Under the pieces are notes generated by a model. That model was not told the DNA's origin, searched no databases, and worked only from the letters and a program-made list of their open reading frames with translations. A program made the translations under genes and the position numbers. From NCBI GenBank assembly GCA_003282105.1, contig QCAB01000002.1, positions 7,119 through 71,118 on the forward strand: a stretch of DNA of 64,000 bases, given 5' to 3'. The DNA is from SAR86 cluster bacterium AG-339-G14 (GTDB lineage: Bacteria; Pseudomonadota; Gammaproteobacteria; Magnimaribacterales; AG-339-G14). Positions within the stretch are counted from its first letter, which is position 1; every line of letters begins with the position of its first letter. Shown here in pieces: positions 1-12,147 of the stretch.

Positions 1-38
1 TTAATAAAGTTAAACATGTTGTGAAAATCGTTGACTAA
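1..38 (+). CDS. rpmD: 50S ribosomal protein L30, 3' end only (gene begins upstream of window)
   Basis: Frame 3 reads [11 protein letters not shown], then TAA at 36-38. This resembles the L30 C-terminus (E. coli ...INAVSFMVKVEE). It lies directly 5' of rplO as in the spc operon. Confidence 0.55.
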   Translation, partial: NKVKHVVKIVD

Positions 39-39
39 T

Positions 40-468
40 ATGAGTTTAAATAAAATAAAATCAATTGAATCAAATAAATCTGCTAAGCGAATTGGAAGAG
101 GTTCAGCTTCAGGTTCAGGTAAAACTTCTGGGAGAGGCCATAAAGGTCAAAAGGCTAGGTCTGGTGGGAAAGTGAGACCTGGTTTTGAGGGTGGGCAAAT
201 GCCTATTCAGCAAAGATTGCCTAAATTTGGATTCACCTCGAGACAGGCGCCTTTAAAATGTCATATCAAAGTGGGCGATTTAGAAAAAATTGGATCTGAA
301 GAAATTGATATCGAATTATTAAAATCAAAAAAAATTATCAAAAATAAAATTACAGAAGTAAAAATTATATCTGGGGGAGAATTAACTAAGCCTTTAAAAC
401 TTAAAGGACTCAAAGTCTCAAAATCTGTAAAAGAATTGATAGCAAATAATGGCGGTGAAATAAATTAA
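40..468 (+). CDS. rplO: 50S ribosomal protein L15
   Basis: L15 signature [28 protein letters not shown]...[21 protein letters not shown] at 40 (MSLNKIK) is preferred to the TTG at 31 in the ORF track, which would overlap the rpmD stop. Confidence 0.93.
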   Translation: MSLNKIKSIESNKSAKRIGRGSASGSGKTSGRGHKGQKARSGGKVRPGFEGGQMPIQQRLPKFGFTSRQAPLKCHIKVGDLEKIGSEEIDIELLKSKKIIKNKITEVKIISGGELTKPLKLKGLKVSKSVKELIANNGGEIN

Positions 469-469
469 T

Positions 470-1774
470 ATGGCTGCTTTAGGGTTCAAATCAGATGGGC
501 TTAAAGAACTTTGGTCGAGACTAAGGTTTGTTTTATTAGCTATTATTATTTATAGGATTGGAACCCACATCCCAGTTCCTGGTATAGATCCTTTAAAAAT
601 TTCCTCTCTTTTTGATCAAAATCAAGGAACACTCCTTGGTTTATTTAACATGTTTTCAGGCGGAGCTTTAGAGAGAATGAGTATTATGGCTTTAAATGTA
701 GTTCCATACATAACAGCAGCAATTGTTATGAACTTACTTGAAGCAACTACACCTAGCCTTAAAAAACTTTTCAGACAGGAAGGTGAGTCGGGCAGAAGGA
801 AAAGAACTGCCTATGTAAGGTTAGGCACCCTTGTACTTGCTATTTTTCAATCCACTGGATTCGCTATTGCTTTATCTTCACAAGGTATGGCTGTAACTCC
901 AGGTTTAGGATTTATCATTACAGCTGTAATTTCTTTCGTAACAGGAACCATGTTCCTTGTATGGCTTGGAGAACAAGTTAACGAAAGAGGCATAGGAAAT
1001 GGTATTTCTTTAATTATATTTGCGAGTATTGTATCTGGACTTCCTAGCGCCGTAGGACAATCCTTCGAAGCGTCTAGGCAGGGAGAAATAAGTTTAATTT
1101 TACTTCTTCTGATTGCTTTATTCGCCATCTTAGCAATTGCTTTCATAGTTTGGATTGAAAGAGCTCAAAGAAGAATTACTGTGAATTATGCAAGACGTGC
1201 GCCTAATCAAATGAACACGGGGCAGGCATCCCATTTGCCTCTTAAGGTAAATATGGCTGGAGTAATACCTGCAATTTTTGCGAGCAGCTTGGTTTTATTC
1301 CCTGCTTCTATGAGTTCCTGGTTTGGTCAAAATGATGGATTTGAATGGCTTCAGGAAGTTTCTTTGGCTTTAAGTCCTGGCCAGCCTTTGTATGTTGTAG
1401 TTTTTGCAGTACTTATTGCGTATTTTTGCTTTTTTTACACCGCTATCCAGTTTCCTGCGAAAGATATATCTGACAATCTAAAAAGATCAGGAGGTTTTTT
1501 GCCAGGAATTAGGCCAGGCGATCACACTGTAGATTATATAGATAATGTTATGTCTAGATTAACTATATGGGGTTCAATGTATATGATTGTAATTTGTTTA
1601 GCTCCACAATTTTTAATTGTATCTGCAAATGCCCCTTTTTACCTCGGAGGAACTTCATTATTAATTGCAGTAGTTGTGGTAATGGACTTCATGGCTCAGG
1701 TACAATCACACCTTTTATCAAGCCAGTATCAATCTCTAATGAAGAAGGCAAATCTTAAAGGTTACAAAAGGTAA
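470..1774 (+). CDS. secY: Preprotein translocase subunit SecY
   Basis: 434-aa polytopic membrane protein with a SecY-like N-terminus ([23 protein letters not shown]). Canonical position between rplO and rpmJ. Confidence 0.95.
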   Translation: MAALGFKSDGLKELWSRLRFVLLAIIIYRIGTHIPVPGIDPLKISSLFDQNQGTLLGLFNMFSGGALERMSIMALNVVPYITAAIVMNLLEATTPSLKKLFRQEGESGRRKRTAYVRLGTLVLAIFQSTGFAIALSSQGMAVTPGLGFIITAVISFVTGTMFLVWLGEQVNERGIGNGISLIIFASIVSGLPSAVGQSFEASRQGEISLILLLLIALFAILAIAFIVWIERAQRRITVNYARRAPNQMNTGQASHLPLKVNMAGVIPAIFASSLVLFPASMSSWFGQNDGFEWLQEVSLALSPGQPLYVVVFAVLIAYFCFFYTAIQFPAKDISDNLKRSGGFLPGIRPGDHTVDYIDNVMSRLTIWGSMYMIVICLAPQFLIVSANAPFYLGGTSLLIAVVVVMDFMAQVQSHLLSSQYQSLMKKANLKGYKR

Positions 1775-1778
1775 TGAC

Positions 1779-1895
1779 ATGAAAGTAAGAGCTTCAGTAA
1801 AGAAAATTTGTAAAGACTGCAAATTAATTAAAAGAAGAGGGGTTAATTATGTAATTTGCCCATCAGACCCAAAACATAAACAGAGACAAGGATAA
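1779..1895 (+). CDS. rpmJ: 50S ribosomal protein L36 (zinc-ribbon form)
   Basis: 38-codon ORF below the ORF-track cutoff: [38 protein letters not shown]. It has the CxxC...C...H pattern. Its TAA (1893-1895) overlaps the rpsM ATG by 1 nt. Confidence 0.9.
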   Translation: MKVRASVKKICKDCKLIKRRGVNYVICPSDPKHKQRQG

Positions 1896-2251
1896 TGGCT
1901 AGAGTTGCAGGTATAAATATTCCAGACAGAAAGCAAACTTGGATTTCGCTTACTCATATTTATGGTATCGGTAGAACAACTGCATTAAAGATTTGTGCTT
2001 CTACCGGTATTAATTACGACACTAAAATCGAAGCTTTAAACGAAGAAGATATTGAAAAGCTAAGGAAGGCGGTTTCAGAATTTTTGGTAGAAGGAGATTT
2101 AAGAAGAGAAATTAGTACAAATATTAAAAGATTGATGGATCTCGGAACTAATAGAGGAATTAGACATAGAAAAAGACTTCCAGTCAGAGGTCAGAGAACT
2201 AAAACAAACGCTAGAACCAGAAAGGGGCCAAGAAAACCAATTAGAAGATAG
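1895..2251 (+). CDS. rpsM: 30S ribosomal protein S13
   Basis: [13 protein letters not shown]...YGIGRTTA, basic C-terminal tail, alpha-operon order. Confidence 0.95.
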   Translation: MARVAGINIPDRKQTWISLTHIYGIGRTTALKICASTGINYDTKIEALNEEDIEKLRKAVSEFLVEGDLRREISTNIKRLMDLGTNRGIRHRKRLPVRGQRTKTNARTRKGPRKPIRR

Positions 2252-2261
2252 GTAATTAAAT

Positions 2262-2648
2262 ATGGTGAATAAAAATACAAAAACAAAAAAATCTAAAATG
2301 GTATCAAATGAAGGAGTGGCTCATATTTTAGCTACTTTCAATAACACCATAATAAATATTACTGATAAACAAGGTAATACAATTGCGTGGTCTAGTTCAG
2401 GAGCTAACGGATTCAAAGGTTCTAGAAAAAGCACCCCTTTTGCCGCGCAAATTGCAGCCGGAAAAGCCGGCGAAGCAGCTAGGGCCTTAGGTATGACTAC
2501 AGTTGAAGTTGAGGTCTCAGGTCCGGGTTCTGGAAGAGAATCTGCAGTAAGAGCTTTGAATGGTTGTGGCTTAAAAATTACCAAAATTTCTGATGTAACC
2601 CCAATTCCTCACAATGGATGTCGCCCCCCTAAAAAAAGGAGAGTGTAA
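2262..2648 (+). CDS. rpsK: 30S ribosomal protein S11
   Basis: [22 protein letters not shown] matches the E. coli S11 core ([22 protein letters not shown]). Confidence 0.95.
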   Translation: MVNKNTKTKKSKMVSNEGVAHILATFNNTIINITDKQGNTIAWSSSGANGFKGSRKSTPFAAQIAAGKAGEAARALGMTTVEVEVSGPGSGRESAVRALNGCGLKITKISDVTPIPHNGCRPPKKRRV

Positions 2649-2650
2649 TA

Positions 2651-3271
2651 ATGGCAAGATATATAGGTCCAAAAAACAAGCTTTCTAGAAGAGAAGGAAC
2701 AGACTTATTTTTAAAAAGTGGTTATAGATCATATGATTCAAAAATAAGGTCAGAAAATCCTCCAGGAGCTCATGGTGCGAGAAGGACAAGACTTTCTGAC
2801 TTTGGAGTTCAGCTTAGAGAAAAACAAAAAGTCAAAAGAATATATGGCGTGCTGGAAAGACAATTTAGAAATTATTACAAACTAGCTGCTCGTCAAAAAG
2901 GAGAGACAGGAACAAATTTATTAGTATTCCTTGAATCTAGATTAGATAATTTAGTTTACAGAATGGGATTTGCCGCTACTAGATCTGAAGCAAGACAGTT
3001 AGTGGTGCATAAAGCTATTTTAGTAAACGATTTAATGGTGAATGTTCCTTCGTTTCTGGTACAAGAGGGAGATAAAATATCTCTTAGCGAAAAAGGAAAA
3101 AATCAAAAAAGAGTCGTTCAAGCAATGGACTTATTCACCACTCGCGAGACTTGTGATTGGATTACTGTCAATCACAAAGATTTTTCTGGAACGTTTGATG
3201 CACAGCCAACCAGAGAATTACTAAGCAATGAAATTAATGAAAATTACATTGTGGAGCTCTATTCAAGATAA
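2651..3271 (+). CDS. rpsD: 30S ribosomal protein S4
   Basis: [24 protein letters not shown]-terminus; 206 aa. Confidence 0.95.
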   Translation: MARYIGPKNKLSRREGTDLFLKSGYRSYDSKIRSENPPGAHGARRTRLSDFGVQLREKQKVKRIYGVLERQFRNYYKLAARQKGETGTNLLVFLESRLDNLVYRMGFAATRSEARQLVVHKAILVNDLMVNVPSFLVQEGDKISLSEKGKNQKRVVQAMDLFTTRETCDWITVNHKDFSGTFDAQPTRELLSNEINENYIVELYSR

Positions 3272-3291
3272 CATTTTAAACTGAGGTAAAC

Positions 3292-4284
3292 ATGACTGAT
3301 AACTTTGATGCTATAAAAGATTTTCTCACCCCAAAAGAGATTTTAGTCGAGGAAATTGACGTAAATCATTCAAAAATAATACTAGAACCCCTCGAAAGGG
3401 GATTCGGTCACACTTTAGGGAATGCCTTAAGGAGAATAATCCTTTCATCTACCCCAGGATCAGCTGTAGTAGAAGCAAAAATCGATGGAGTTTTGCATGA
3501 TTATTCAACAATCGATGGAATAAAAGAAGATGTAATTAATATTCTATTAAATTTAAAAGGTATGAGTGTGAAACTTTTAGATCAAGAGGAAGCTGAAATG
3601 ACAGTAGAAAAGTCAGGCGCTGGAGATTTAATAGCTGGTGATTTTGATTTACCTGCAGGTGTGGAGGTTGTAAATCCAGATCATAAAATTGCGACATTGG
3701 CTGATAACGGAAAAATCAATATGACTATCAGAGTAAGAAAAGGAAGGGGCTATGTTCCAGTGGATAATACAGCAGCTCTTACAGGAGAAAATAAAGAAAT
3801 CGGCTTGCTGAAACTCGATGCCTCATATTCTCCAATAAAAACAGTTTCATATGAAGTAGACAACACAAGGGTTGAGAATAGAACCGACTTAGATAAATTA
3901 ACTTTAGACGTTCAAACAAACGGCACAATTGATCCTGAAGAAATTTTAAGATTAGCTGCAACTATTCTTCAACGACAATTAATGGCATTTGCGGAATTAG
4001 GTTTTGAAACTGAAGAAGAAGAAGAGGACGAAACTCCACCTGTAGATCCGATCATGTTGAGACCCGTTGATGAACTTGAATTAACAGTAAGATCAGCAAA
4101 TTGTCTTAAAGTAGAAAAAATACATTACATTGGTGATTTGGTTTCGAGGAGAGAATCCGACTTACTCAAAACTCCTAACTTAGGAAGAAAATCTCTGAAT
4201 GAGATTAAAGACGTACTTGCGGCTAGAGGTCTAGCCTTAGGATTAGAATTAGATAATTGGCCACCATCAAATATTGAAAATTAA
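3292..4284 (+). CDS. rpoA: DNA-directed RNA polymerase subunit alpha
   Basis: [19 protein letters not shown] in the N-terminal domain and [15 protein letters not shown] in the C-terminal domain; 330 aa. Confidence 0.96.
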   Translation: MTDNFDAIKDFLTPKEILVEEIDVNHSKIILEPLERGFGHTLGNALRRIILSSTPGSAVVEAKIDGVLHDYSTIDGIKEDVINILLNLKGMSVKLLDQEEAEMTVEKSGAGDLIAGDFDLPAGVEVVNPDHKIATLADNGKINMTIRVRKGRGYVPVDNTAALTGENKEIGLLKLDASYSPIKTVSYEVDNTRVENRTDLDKLTLDVQTNGTIDPEEILRLAATILQRQLMAFAELGFETEEEEEDETPPVDPIMLRPVDELELTVRSANCLKVEKIHYIGDLVSRRESDLLKTPNLGRKSLNEIKDVLAARGLALGLELDNWPPSNIEN

Positions 4285-4670
4285 TGAGACATCTTAAAAC
4301 CGGACGAAAATTCGGAAGAAACAGTGCTACTAGGAAGGCTTTATTCAAAGACCTTTCAATTTCTCTAATTGAACATGAGGCAATAAAAACGACTTTACCT
4401 AAAGCAAAAGAATTAAGAGGATTTTTAGAGCCTCTTATAACTCTTGCGAAAACTGATTCTCTTTCAAATAGAAGATTGGCTTTTTCTAAAATTAGAAATA
4501 AAAGCGCCGTAGGAAAGCTTTTCTCAGTAATAGGCCCAAGGTTTAAAGAACGTCCTGGTGGTTATTTGCGAATAATCAAGATGATGCCTAGAGCTGGAGA
4601 CGCAGCTCCGATGGCATTTATAGAATTAGTAAGTAGAACTGAGCAAGAAAGCGAAGAGGAAGCCAAATAA
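4284..4670 (+). CDS. rplQ: 50S ribosomal protein L17
   Basis: [19 protein letters not shown] (E. coli MRHRKSGRQLNRNSSHRQA). The ATG shares 1 nt with the rpoA TAA. Confidence 0.95.
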   Translation: MRHLKTGRKFGRNSATRKALFKDLSISLIEHEAIKTTLPKAKELRGFLEPLITLAKTDSLSNRRLAFSKIRNKSAVGKLFSVIGPRFKERPGGYLRIIKMMPRAGDAAPMAFIELVSRTEQESEEEAK

Positions 4671-4675
4671 TTATT

Positions 4676-7477
4676 TTATAAGAATTTAGCTGTATGGGAA
4701 ATTTTAGATTTCTTAATATCTTTTTTAGTTCCCTCAGCGATTATTTTTCCACCTCCCTTACCACCTTCAGGTCCAATATCTATTATCCAGTCTGAATTTT
4801 TTATAACATCTAGATTGTGTTCTATTACAACGATTGTATTGCCTTGAGACTTCAATTTTTCTAAAACTTTCAAAAGAAGAGATACGTCGTGAAAATGCAA
4901 TCCTGTTGTCGGTTCGTCGAGAAGATATAAAGTTCTGCCAGTTGCTACCTTAGACAATTCTTTAGCTAATTTTACTCTTTGAGCCTCACCTCCCGATAAG
5001 GTAGTAGCTGATTGACCAAGTTTAATGTATCCAAGCCCTACATCGTTCAAAGTGGCAAGTTTTCGTTTAATTATAGGAACTGCATCAAAAAATTTTAGCG
5101 CTTGTTCAACCGTAAGATCTAAAACTTCAGAAATATTTTTTCCTTTGAATTTTACACTCAAAGTTTCTTCGTTATACCTAGCCCCATTACAAACATCACA
5201 CTTTACGTAAACGTCTGGAAGAAAATGCATTTCTACTTTTATCATTCCATCTCCCTCACAGGCTTCACATCTACCCCCCTTTACATTAAAACTAAAACGT
5301 CCAGGTTTGTATCCCCTTGACCTTGATTCTTGAGTCTCGGCAAAGATTTCTCTTATTGGTGTAAAAATTCCAGTGTAAGTAACTGGATTAGATCTAGGGG
5401 TTCTACCTATAGGACTTTGGCTAATATCAATAATTTTATCAATGTTATCGAGCCCTTCTATTTTTTTAAAAGGCTTTGTTGGATGATTAGATTTATTTAA
5501 ATTATTATTTATAGCTGGGTACAAAGTTTGATTAATTAGAGTAGATTTTCCAGAGCCAGAAACGCCAGTTATACATATCAATTTTCCTAAAGGTAGTTTT
5601 AAATCTACGTTTTTAAGATTATTACCTGAACATCCAGAAATTTTAATTGATTCATTTGAACCAATTGAACCATTTTTCTTGATTTCTATTTTCTTTTTTC
5701 CAGAGATGTATTCACCAGTTAAAGAATTTTTATTTTTGATTAATTTATTAAAAGTTCCGGAAAAACATACATCTCCACCATGCACTCCTGCTCCAGGACC
5801 AATGTCAATTATATGATCGGCTGCTTCAATTGTTTCTTGATCGTGTTCTACCACCACCACAGTGTTACCTAAATCTCTCAATCTTTTTAGCGTAGCAAGC
5901 AGCTTAGAATTATCTCTTTGATGCAACCCAATAGACGGCTCATCTAAAATGTATGTTACGCCAACGAGACCCGCTCCAATTTGGCTAGCAAGTCTTATTC
6001 TTTGAGCTTCTCCTCCACTCAAAGACTCTGCGCTTCTCGATAAATTTAAATAATTTAATCCGACATCAACTAAAAAATTTAATCTTTCAATAATTTCTTT
6101 GACAATCTTTTCAGCGATTTTTCCTTTAGCTCCCTTAAGTTTTAGTTTTTTAAAAAAAATAAAAGCCTCTTCTATTGTTAATTCAGAAATATCAGGAAGA
6201 GAAAACTCTTCAATAAATACATTTCTTGCGGCTTCGTTCAATCTAGTTCCATTACAAGAAGAACAAGGCTTTAACGTCATGAACTTTGCCATATCCTCTC
6301 TGATAAGTGAGGAGTCAGATTCCTGATACTTTCTTAAAATTCGGTTTAACACGCCTTCAAAAGGCCTTATTATCTCAATCCTCCTTCCTCTTTTTGAAGT
6401 GTAGCTAAAATCTACATCCTCACTGCCACTTCCTTCCAAAACTATCTTCTTTATATTTTCCGGTAAGTCCTCGAAAGGATCGTCCAATGAAAAATCATAA
6501 TGATTACTAACGCACCTTAGAAGGTAATGTCTATACATGTGATTTATATCCCAGCCCCTAATTGCTCCTTGATTTAGACTAAATTCTGGCTGCGATACAA
6601 CCTTAAGCAAATCTATTTCCGCTTTAGTTCCCAATCCATCGCATGCCATACAAGCTCCAGAAGGGCTATTGAACGAAAATAATCTTGGTTCTAATTCAGG
6701 AATACTATATCCACATATGGAACATGCCATTTTAGTTGAGTAGGATTTCTTTTTGTTCGAATTTTCTGCAGAGACAACTTCAACAAGACCGTTTGTTTCT
6801 GCTAAACAGGTTTCAATTGACTGAACAATTCTTGATTTATTTTCAAGCTTTCCAGAAGTTCTATCAACGATAATACTTATGTTGTGTTTTTTATTTTTTT
6901 CGAGAGTTGGTAAATTTTGGATATCAAAAATTCTTTCATCAACGCTAAGACGCACAAACCCTTTTATTTTAAGTTCCTCAAATAAATTTAAATGTTCTCC
7001 TTTTTGCTCTTTTATTAATGGAGCCAGGATTAAGATTTTTTCGTCTTTAAAGTTTTCAAGAATATTTTTTGAAATTTGGTCTATGCTTTGACCTTCTAGA
7101 GAAATACCATGATCAGGACACTTAGGAGTTCCAGTTCTTGCAAAAAGCAATCTTAAGTAATCGTGAATCTCAGTTACTGTACCAACTGTTGATCTAGGAT
7201 TATGAGAAGTTGATTTTTGTTCTATCGAAATTGCCGGCGATAAACCTTCGACCGTATCAACGTCTGGCTTATCCATCACTGAAAGAAATTGTCTTGCGTA
7301 AGCTGATAAAGATTCAACATACCTTCTTTGGCCCTCGGCATATAAAGTGTCAAAAGCCAAAGATGATTTTCCAGATCCAGAGAGACCAGTTATTACAGTT
7401 AGCTTGTCTCTCGGTATTGAAATATCGATATTCTTAAGGTTGTGTTGTCTAGCGCCTTTTACATTTATGTACTTCAT
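4676..7477 (-). CDS. uvrA: Excinuclease ABC subunit A
   Basis: 933 aa with two ABC modules ([26 protein letters not shown]) and Cys-cluster zinc modules. Divergent from ssb as in E. coli. Confidence 0.96.
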   Translation of the reverse strand: MKYINVKGARQHNLKNIDISIPRDKLTVITGLSGSGKSSLAFDTLYAEGQRRYVESLSAYARQFLSVMDKPDVDTVEGLSPAISIEQKSTSHNPRSTVGTVTEIHDYLRLLFARTGTPKCPDHGISLEGQSIDQISKNILENFKDEKILILAPLIKEQKGEHLNLFEELKIKGFVRLSVDERIFDIQNLPTLEKNKKHNISIIVDRTSGKLENKSRIVQSIETCLAETNGLVEVVSAENSNKKKSYSTKMACSICGYSIPELEPRLFSFNSPSGACMACDGLGTKAEIDLLKVVSQPEFSLNQGAIRGWDINHMYRHYLLRCVSNHYDFSLDDPFEDLPENIKKIVLEGSGSEDVDFSYTSKRGRRIEIIRPFEGVLNRILRKYQESDSSLIREDMAKFMTLKPCSSCNGTRLNEAARNVFIEEFSLPDISELTIEEAFIFFKKLKLKGAKGKIAEKIVKEIIERLNFLVDVGLNYLNLSRSAESLSGGEAQRIRLASQIGAGLVGVTYILDEPSIGLHQRDNSKLLATLKRLRDLGNTVVVVEHDQETIEAADHIIDIGPGAGVHGGDVCFSGTFNKLIKNKNSLTGEYISGKKKIEIKKNGSIGSNESIKISGCSGNNLKNVDLKLPLGKLICITGVSGSGKSTLINQTLYPAINNNLNKSNHPTKPFKKIEGLDNIDKIIDISQSPIGRTPRSNPVTYTGIFTPIREIFAETQESRSRGYKPGRFSFNVKGGRCEACEGDGMIKVEMHFLPDVYVKCDVCNGARYNEETLSVKFKGKNISEVLDLTVEQALKFFDAVPIIKRKLATLNDVGLGYIKLGQSATTLSGGEAQRVKLAKELSKVATGRTLYLLDEPTTGLHFHDVSLLLKVLEKLKSQGNTIVVIEHNLDVIKNSDWIIDIGPEGGKGGGKIIAEGTKKDIKKSKISHTAKFL

Positions 7478-7548
7478 TTAATTGAATCTTCTTTAAACTT
7501 AGTATTTAATCAAACAATAATAATTATGACATTAATGTTGAGAGAAAA

Positions 7549-7968
7549 ATGGCAAGTATAAATAAGGTTATATTACTTGGTAATCTTGGAGCAGATCCAG
7601 AAATGAGATATACAGCTGGCGGAGATGCAGTAGCTTCAATATCCATTGCTACATCAAGTTCTTGGAACGATAAACAATCTGGAGAAAAAAGAGAAAAAAC
7701 TGAATGGCATAGAGTTGTATTTTTTCGAAGATTGGCTGAAGTAGTCGGTGAGTATATGAAAAAAGGATCTTCAATATATGTTGAAGGTCAATTACAAACA
7801 AATTCTTATGAGGATAAAAATACTGGAGAAAGAAAATTTTCCACTCAAATTGTTGCTAGAGAAATGCAGATGCTTGGATCAAGAAACAATGCTGATGGGC
7901 TGCAAGAGCCTTCTCAAGAAATACAGTCGCAAGAGCCCCCAACTTTTGATGATGAAATTCCATTTTAA
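7549..7968 (+). CDS. ssb: Single-stranded DNA-binding protein (short, 139 aa)
   Basis: OB-fold N-terminus [22 protein letters not shown] and an acidic C-terminal tip DDEIPF. Confidence 0.93.
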   Translation: MASINKVILLGNLGADPEMRYTAGGDAVASISIATSSSWNDKQSGEKREKTEWHRVVFFRRLAEVVGEYMKKGSSIYVEGQLQTNSYEDKNTGERKFSTQIVAREMQMLGSRNNADGLQEPSQEIQSQEPPTFDDEIPF

Positions 7969-9185
7969 GAGTATTTCTTAACTATTAAACTGGCATTTGT
8001 TCCGCCAAATCCAAAACTGTTTGACATGAAAGCTTTGAAGTCATTTTTTTTTGTATACTCCCTTGCAAGCTCTATGCCTGAGGATTCGGTTATAGGAGAA
8101 TCAATGTTTATGGATTCGGCAATATAGTTTTCTTTCATCATCAAAAGACTATATATGCATTCCAAAACACCAGCTGCACCAAGAGCATGTCCTGTTTGAG
8201 ATTTAGTAGATCCTACAATTGGAAGGGCATCTTTAAAAACTTCTTTGATTGATTCTAGCTCTACAGGGTCTCCGGTTGGAGTAGACGTTCCATGAGCATT
8301 TAAATAATCAACACTTTCTAAATTACTCATTATTAACGCATTACGCATGCAATTTATCGCTCCTTCACCTGAAGGAGCAACCATGTCGCCACCATCAGAG
8401 GTAGCAGAATATCCCACTATTTCTCCATAAATCTTCGCATCTCTAGATAAGGCATGACTTAGCTCTTCTAAAATTATCATTCCGCCTCCACCTGCTATAA
8501 CAAAACCGTCTCTACCTTCATCAAATGGTCTTGAAGATTTCTCTGGATTCTCGTTATATTTGCTTGAAAGGGCACCCATCGCGTCGAACATCATAGATTG
8601 GGTCCAATGTTCGTCTTCACCCCCGCCAGCCAAGACTATGTCCTGATTATTAAGGATTATTTGCTCGTATGCGTTTCCTATACAATGTGCACTAGTTGAA
8701 CAAGCTGAGGAAATAGAATAATTTATTCCTTTTATTCCTAAAAAAGTAGCGAGGCAAGCCGAGACAGTACTCCCCATAGTTTGTGTTACTCGGTAAGGAC
8801 CTATTCTCTTTACGCCTTTGTTTCGTGAAATGTCTGCTGCTTCGACTTGACTTCTAGAGGAAGCTCCACCAGATCCAGCAATAATTCCTAGTCTTGTATT
8901 AAAGTTTTCTTTTTTTAAATCAGCATCATTAATAGCTTCCTCAGCGCTAACAAAAGAATAAGCTGCTGTTTCCCCCATAAATCTCAATAATTTTCTATCA
9001 ATTAGTTCTGGCAATGAAATATCAATTGAACCAGCAATGTGGGAGCGCATGCCAAGTTCTTTATATTCTTCATTAAAAGAAATCCCTGATTTACCATCTT
9101 TAAGAGAGCTATTAACTTCTTTAACGTTCAAACCTATTGGAGAAACAGCGCCAATACCAGTTATGACAACCCTTCTTGGTTCCAT
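7965..9185 (-). CDS. fabB: 3-oxoacyl-ACP synthase I
   Basis: 406 aa. [19 protein letters not shown] matches the E. coli FabB active-site region. Immediately downstream of fabA. Confidence 0.9.
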   Translation of the reverse strand: MEPRRVVITGIGAVSPIGLNVKEVNSSLKDGKSGISFNEEYKELGMRSHIAGSIDISLPELIDRKLLRFMGETAAYSFVSAEEAINDADLKKENFNTRLGIIAGSGGASSRSQVEAADISRNKGVKRIGPYRVTQTMGSTVSACLATFLGIKGINYSISSACSTSAHCIGNAYEQIILNNQDIVLAGGGEDEHWTQSMMFDAMGALSSKYNENPEKSSRPFDEGRDGFVIAGGGGMIILEELSHALSRDAKIYGEIVGYSATSDGGDMVAPSGEGAINCMRNALIMSNLESVDYLNAHGTSTPTGDPVELESIKEVFKDALPIVGSTKSQTGHALGAAGVLECIYSLLMMKENYIAESINIDSPITESSGIELAREYTKKNDFKAFMSNSFGFGGTNASLIVKKYS

Positions 9186-9713
9186 TTAAAAATTTGAAGG
9201 ATCTTTAAATAATCCAACCCTTAGATTTTTTGCTGTGTAAATTTCTTTGTTATCAACAAACATTTTCCCATCAGCAAAGCCAACAACTAATTTTTGCTTT
9301 CTAATTCTTTTAATACTGATTTCATATCTTACTAATTGTGCTTTCGGCAGCACTTGACCGAAAAATTTTACCTCGCCCGCTCCAAGGGCTCTACCAATTC
9401 CAGGATTTCCATCCCAAAGCAAGTAAAATCCTAAGAGTTGCCACATTGCGTCTAAACCTAAGCACCCAGGCATCACTGGGTCTCCTTTAAAATGGCACTT
9501 AAAAAACCATAAATCAGGGTTGATATCTAACTCCCCAATCAAAAGCCCATTCTCATAATCTCCTTCATTAGAATTTATCTTCAAAATTCTGTTTATCATA
9601 AGCATTTCGCTATTAGGAAGCTTTCCATTATCATCACCAAATAGACTACCTTCTGAACAAAGCAAAAGCTTTTCATTATCGTAGCTACTTTCTTGAGTAA
9701 AATTACTCCCCAT
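9186..9713 (-). CDS. fabA: 3-hydroxydecanoyl-ACP dehydratase/isomerase
   Basis: [22 protein letters not shown] is the FabA hot-dog signature; 175 aa. Confidence 0.92.
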   Translation of the reverse strand: MGSNFTQESSYDNEKLLLCSEGSLFGDDNGKLPNSEMLMINRILKINSNEGDYENGLLIGELDINPDLWFFKCHFKGDPVMPGCLGLDAMWQLLGFYLLWDGNPGIGRALGAGEVKFFGQVLPKAQLVRYEISIKRIRKQKLVVGFADGKMFVDNKEIYTAKNLRVGLFKDPSNF

Positions 9714-9731
9714 ATTTGTATATTACAACAT

Positions 9732-9759
9732 TTGAAAAGATTGCGAGTATTGTATTAAT
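9732..9759 (+). promoter_or_regulatory. Candidate sigma70 promoter for rplU-rpmA-obg-proB
   Basis: TTGAAA (9732-9737), a 16-nt spacer ending TGt, then ATTAAT (9754-9759). Lies in the 78-nt fabA/rplU divergent spacer. Motif match only. Confidence 0.3.
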
Positions 9760-9791
9760 TAGATATTATTCACTCCTTTTTATAAATTGAT

Positions 9792-10106
9792 ATGACTTAC
9801 GCGGTAATAGAAACAGGTGGTAAACAGCATAAAGTGGAAGAGGGTGAGATTATCACTATCGAGAAGCTCGATTTAGGTGAAGGCGAAAAAGTTGAATTCA
9901 GTGATGTTTTGGCTGTAAAAAATAATGACAAACTTGAAGTTGGCACACCATTTCTAGACGGAGCTAAGGTAACTGGTACTGTTTTATCCCAAGAAAAAGA
10001 TAAGAAAATAGTTATTATTAAGATGAGAAGAAGACAGGATTATAGAAGTAAGCAAGGGCATCGACAAAAATTAACAAAAGTAAAAATAGATTCAATTAAA
10101 GTTTAA
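9792..10106 (+). CDS. rplU: 50S ribosomal protein L21
   Basis: [19 protein letters not shown]-terminus; followed by rpmA. Confidence 0.95.
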   Translation: MTYAVIETGGKQHKVEEGEIITIEKLDLGEGEKVEFSDVLAVKNNDKLEVGTPFLDGAKVTGTVLSQEKDKKIVIIKMRRRQDYRSKQGHRQKLTKVKIDSIKV

Positions 10107-10108
10107 CT

Positions 10109-10369
10109 ATGGCTCATAAAAAAGCAGGTGGAAGCACCAGAAATGGTAGAGATTCGAACCCAAAATTTCTTGGGGTTAAGACCTATGGGGGTCAAAAGGT
10201 AACAGCTGGGTCAATTATAGTAAGACAAAGAGGCACAAAATTTCATCCTGGTGAAAATGTTGGGATTGGAAAGGATCACACATTGTTCGCAAAATGTGCA
10301 GGCGAAGTAGCTTTTGAAAAAAAAGGAAAAAATCCTAGACAATACGTCAACATTATAATTTCTGAGTAA
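10109..10369 (+). CDS. rpmA: 50S ribosomal protein L27
   Basis: [24 protein letters not shown]. Confidence 0.95.
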   Translation: MAHKKAGGSTRNGRDSNPKFLGVKTYGGQKVTAGSIIVRQRGTKFHPGENVGIGKDHTLFAKCAGEVAFEKKGKNPRQYVNIIISE

Positions 10370-10373
10370 TCCC

Positions 10374-11384
10374 ATGAGCTTCATCGATGAAGCATCCATT
10401 GAAATAGTTGCAGGAAGAGGTGGGAATGGCTGCCTAAGCTTTAGAAGAGAAAAATTCATTCCTCGTGGAGGTCCTGATGGTGGTGACGGAGGTCATGGTG
10501 GAAGTATTTACTTTCAAGCTGAAAAGTCCTTAACTACTTTGCAAGATTTTAAATTACAAACTAGGTATCAAGCAAAAAATGGTTCAAATGGACAGGGAAG
10601 AGATAAGCATGGAAAAGATGCTCAAAATCTCATTTTAAAGGTTCCAATTGGTACTCAGATAATTAATGAAGACACAGATGAAATTATTTGTGATTTGACC
10701 GCCTATGATGAAGCAATTGAAATTGCTGTTGGAGGCAAAGGAGGGCTGGGAAATGCGCGTTTCAAATCTTCAACCAATAGGGCACCAAGGAAAACTACAG
10801 AAGGAACGAATGGAGAAAAGCTCTTTATCAAACTTGAATTGAAAGTCTTGGCAGATGTGGGTTTATTAGGCTTGCCTAATGCGGGAAAGTCTACTTTTAT
10901 ATCAGTAATTTCTTCGGCAAAACCTAAAATTGCAGATTATCCCTTTACAACCTTGAAGCCCAACTTAGGTGTTGTAAAAAATAATTACTCATCATTTGTT
11001 GTAGCAGACATTCCTGGTTTAATTCCAGGAGCATCGGATGGCATTGGTTTGGGCATAAAGTTTTTAAAGCACTTATCGAGAGTTAGATTACTTTTACATT
11101 TAGTCGACGTTAGTTCTTTTAACCAACAGGATCTTATAGAAGATATTTCAAATATTGAAAAAGAGCTTGAACTTTATGATTCTAATCTTTTCAAAATGGA
11201 AAGATGGATAGTTTTAAATAAAATTGATTTATGTGAAGAAAAAGCAAAAGACGTTTATAGTGATTTGGAAATTAAATATCCTGACAGAAGACTTTTTAGC
11301 ATATCATCTGTTACGAACACCGGTATTGCTGAACTACTAAATGAGATATCTAAAAATTTCTTAATGCAGAAAGATAGTGAATAA
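10374..11384 (+). CDS. obgE: GTPase Obg/CgtA (336 aa, no long acidic C-terminal tail)
   Basis: FIDEASIEIVAGRGGNGCLSFRREKFIPRGGPDGGDGGHGG plus G motifs GLPNAGKST, DIPGLI and NKID. Confidence 0.94.
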   Translation: MSFIDEASIEIVAGRGGNGCLSFRREKFIPRGGPDGGDGGHGGSIYFQAEKSLTTLQDFKLQTRYQAKNGSNGQGRDKHGKDAQNLILKVPIGTQIINEDTDEIICDLTAYDEAIEIAVGGKGGLGNARFKSSTNRAPRKTTEGTNGEKLFIKLELKVLADVGLLGLPNAGKSTFISVISSAKPKIADYPFTTLKPNLGVVKNNYSSFVVADIPGLIPGASDGIGLGIKFLKHLSRVRLLLHLVDVSSFNQQDLIEDISNIEKELELYDSNLFKMERWIVLNKIDLCEEKAKDVYSDLEIKYPDRRLFSISSVTNTGIAELLNEISKNFLMQKDSE

Positions 11385-12147
11385 AAAAATTGTAATAAAA
11401 ATTGGATCTAGTTTAGTTGCATCAGAGTCAAATGTAGTCGAAGTAAATTTCATCAGAAAAATATCGTCTCAAATCAAAGAACTTATAAATTTAGGATATG
11501 AAATAATTTTAGTCTCGTCTGGCGCAATTGCATGTGGAATGAAGCTTTGGAAGCTTGATCAAAGGCCACAACAAATAGAAAAACTTCAAGCATTGTCTGC
11601 TGTTGGGCAAATTGATCTGATTAATGCGTATCAAAACGAACTAAAATCACATGATCTATTTGCAGCACAAGTGCTCCTCAGTCATGAAGATTTTAAAGAT
11701 AGTAAAAGATCAAATAATATTAAAAAAAGTATCATAAATATTTTAGCTCTTGGAGCAATTCCTATTATCAACGAAAATGATTCCGTATCGACAGAAGAAA
11801 TAGAATTCGGGGACAACGATCAATTAAGTGGAGACGTCGCAAAGTTAATAGAAGGCCAACTTTTAATAATTCTCACAGATCAAGACGGAGTTTTCGATAA
11901 AGATCCAAATACAAGCGATAATGCAAAACTCATCAACAAGATTAGTTTTAATAACTTAGAAAAACTTGGTATCGAACTTGGAGAATCTGGAAAATTCGGC
12001 AGAGGAGGAATGAAAACCAAATTCTATGCTGCTAAAAACTTTTTAACATCAACAAATCAAATGTGGATAGCCAATGGAAGAGAAGAGCAGATTCTCTTAA
12101 AGATTATTGATAAAGAAAAAAGTGGAACTGAAATTAATTTGAACTAA
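11377..12147 (+). CDS. proB: Glutamate 5-kinase, kinase domain only (no PUA domain)
   Basis: VIKIGSSLV, LVSSGAIA and INENDSVSTEEIEFGDND motifs. GTG start inside GATAGTGAATAA overlaps obg by 8 nt. 256 aa versus 367 aa in E. coli. Confidence 0.88.
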   Translation: MNKKIVIKIGSSLVASESNVVEVNFIRKISSQIKELINLGYEIILVSSGAIACGMKLWKLDQRPQQIEKLQALSAVGQIDLINAYQNELKSHDLFAAQVLLSHEDFKDSKRSNNIKKSIINILALGAIPIINENDSVSTEEIEFGDNDQLSGDVAKLIEGQLLIILTDQDGVFDKDPNTSDNAKLINKISFNNLEKLGIELGESGKFGRGGMKTKFYAAKNFLTSTNQMWIANGREEQILLKIIDKEKSGTEINLN

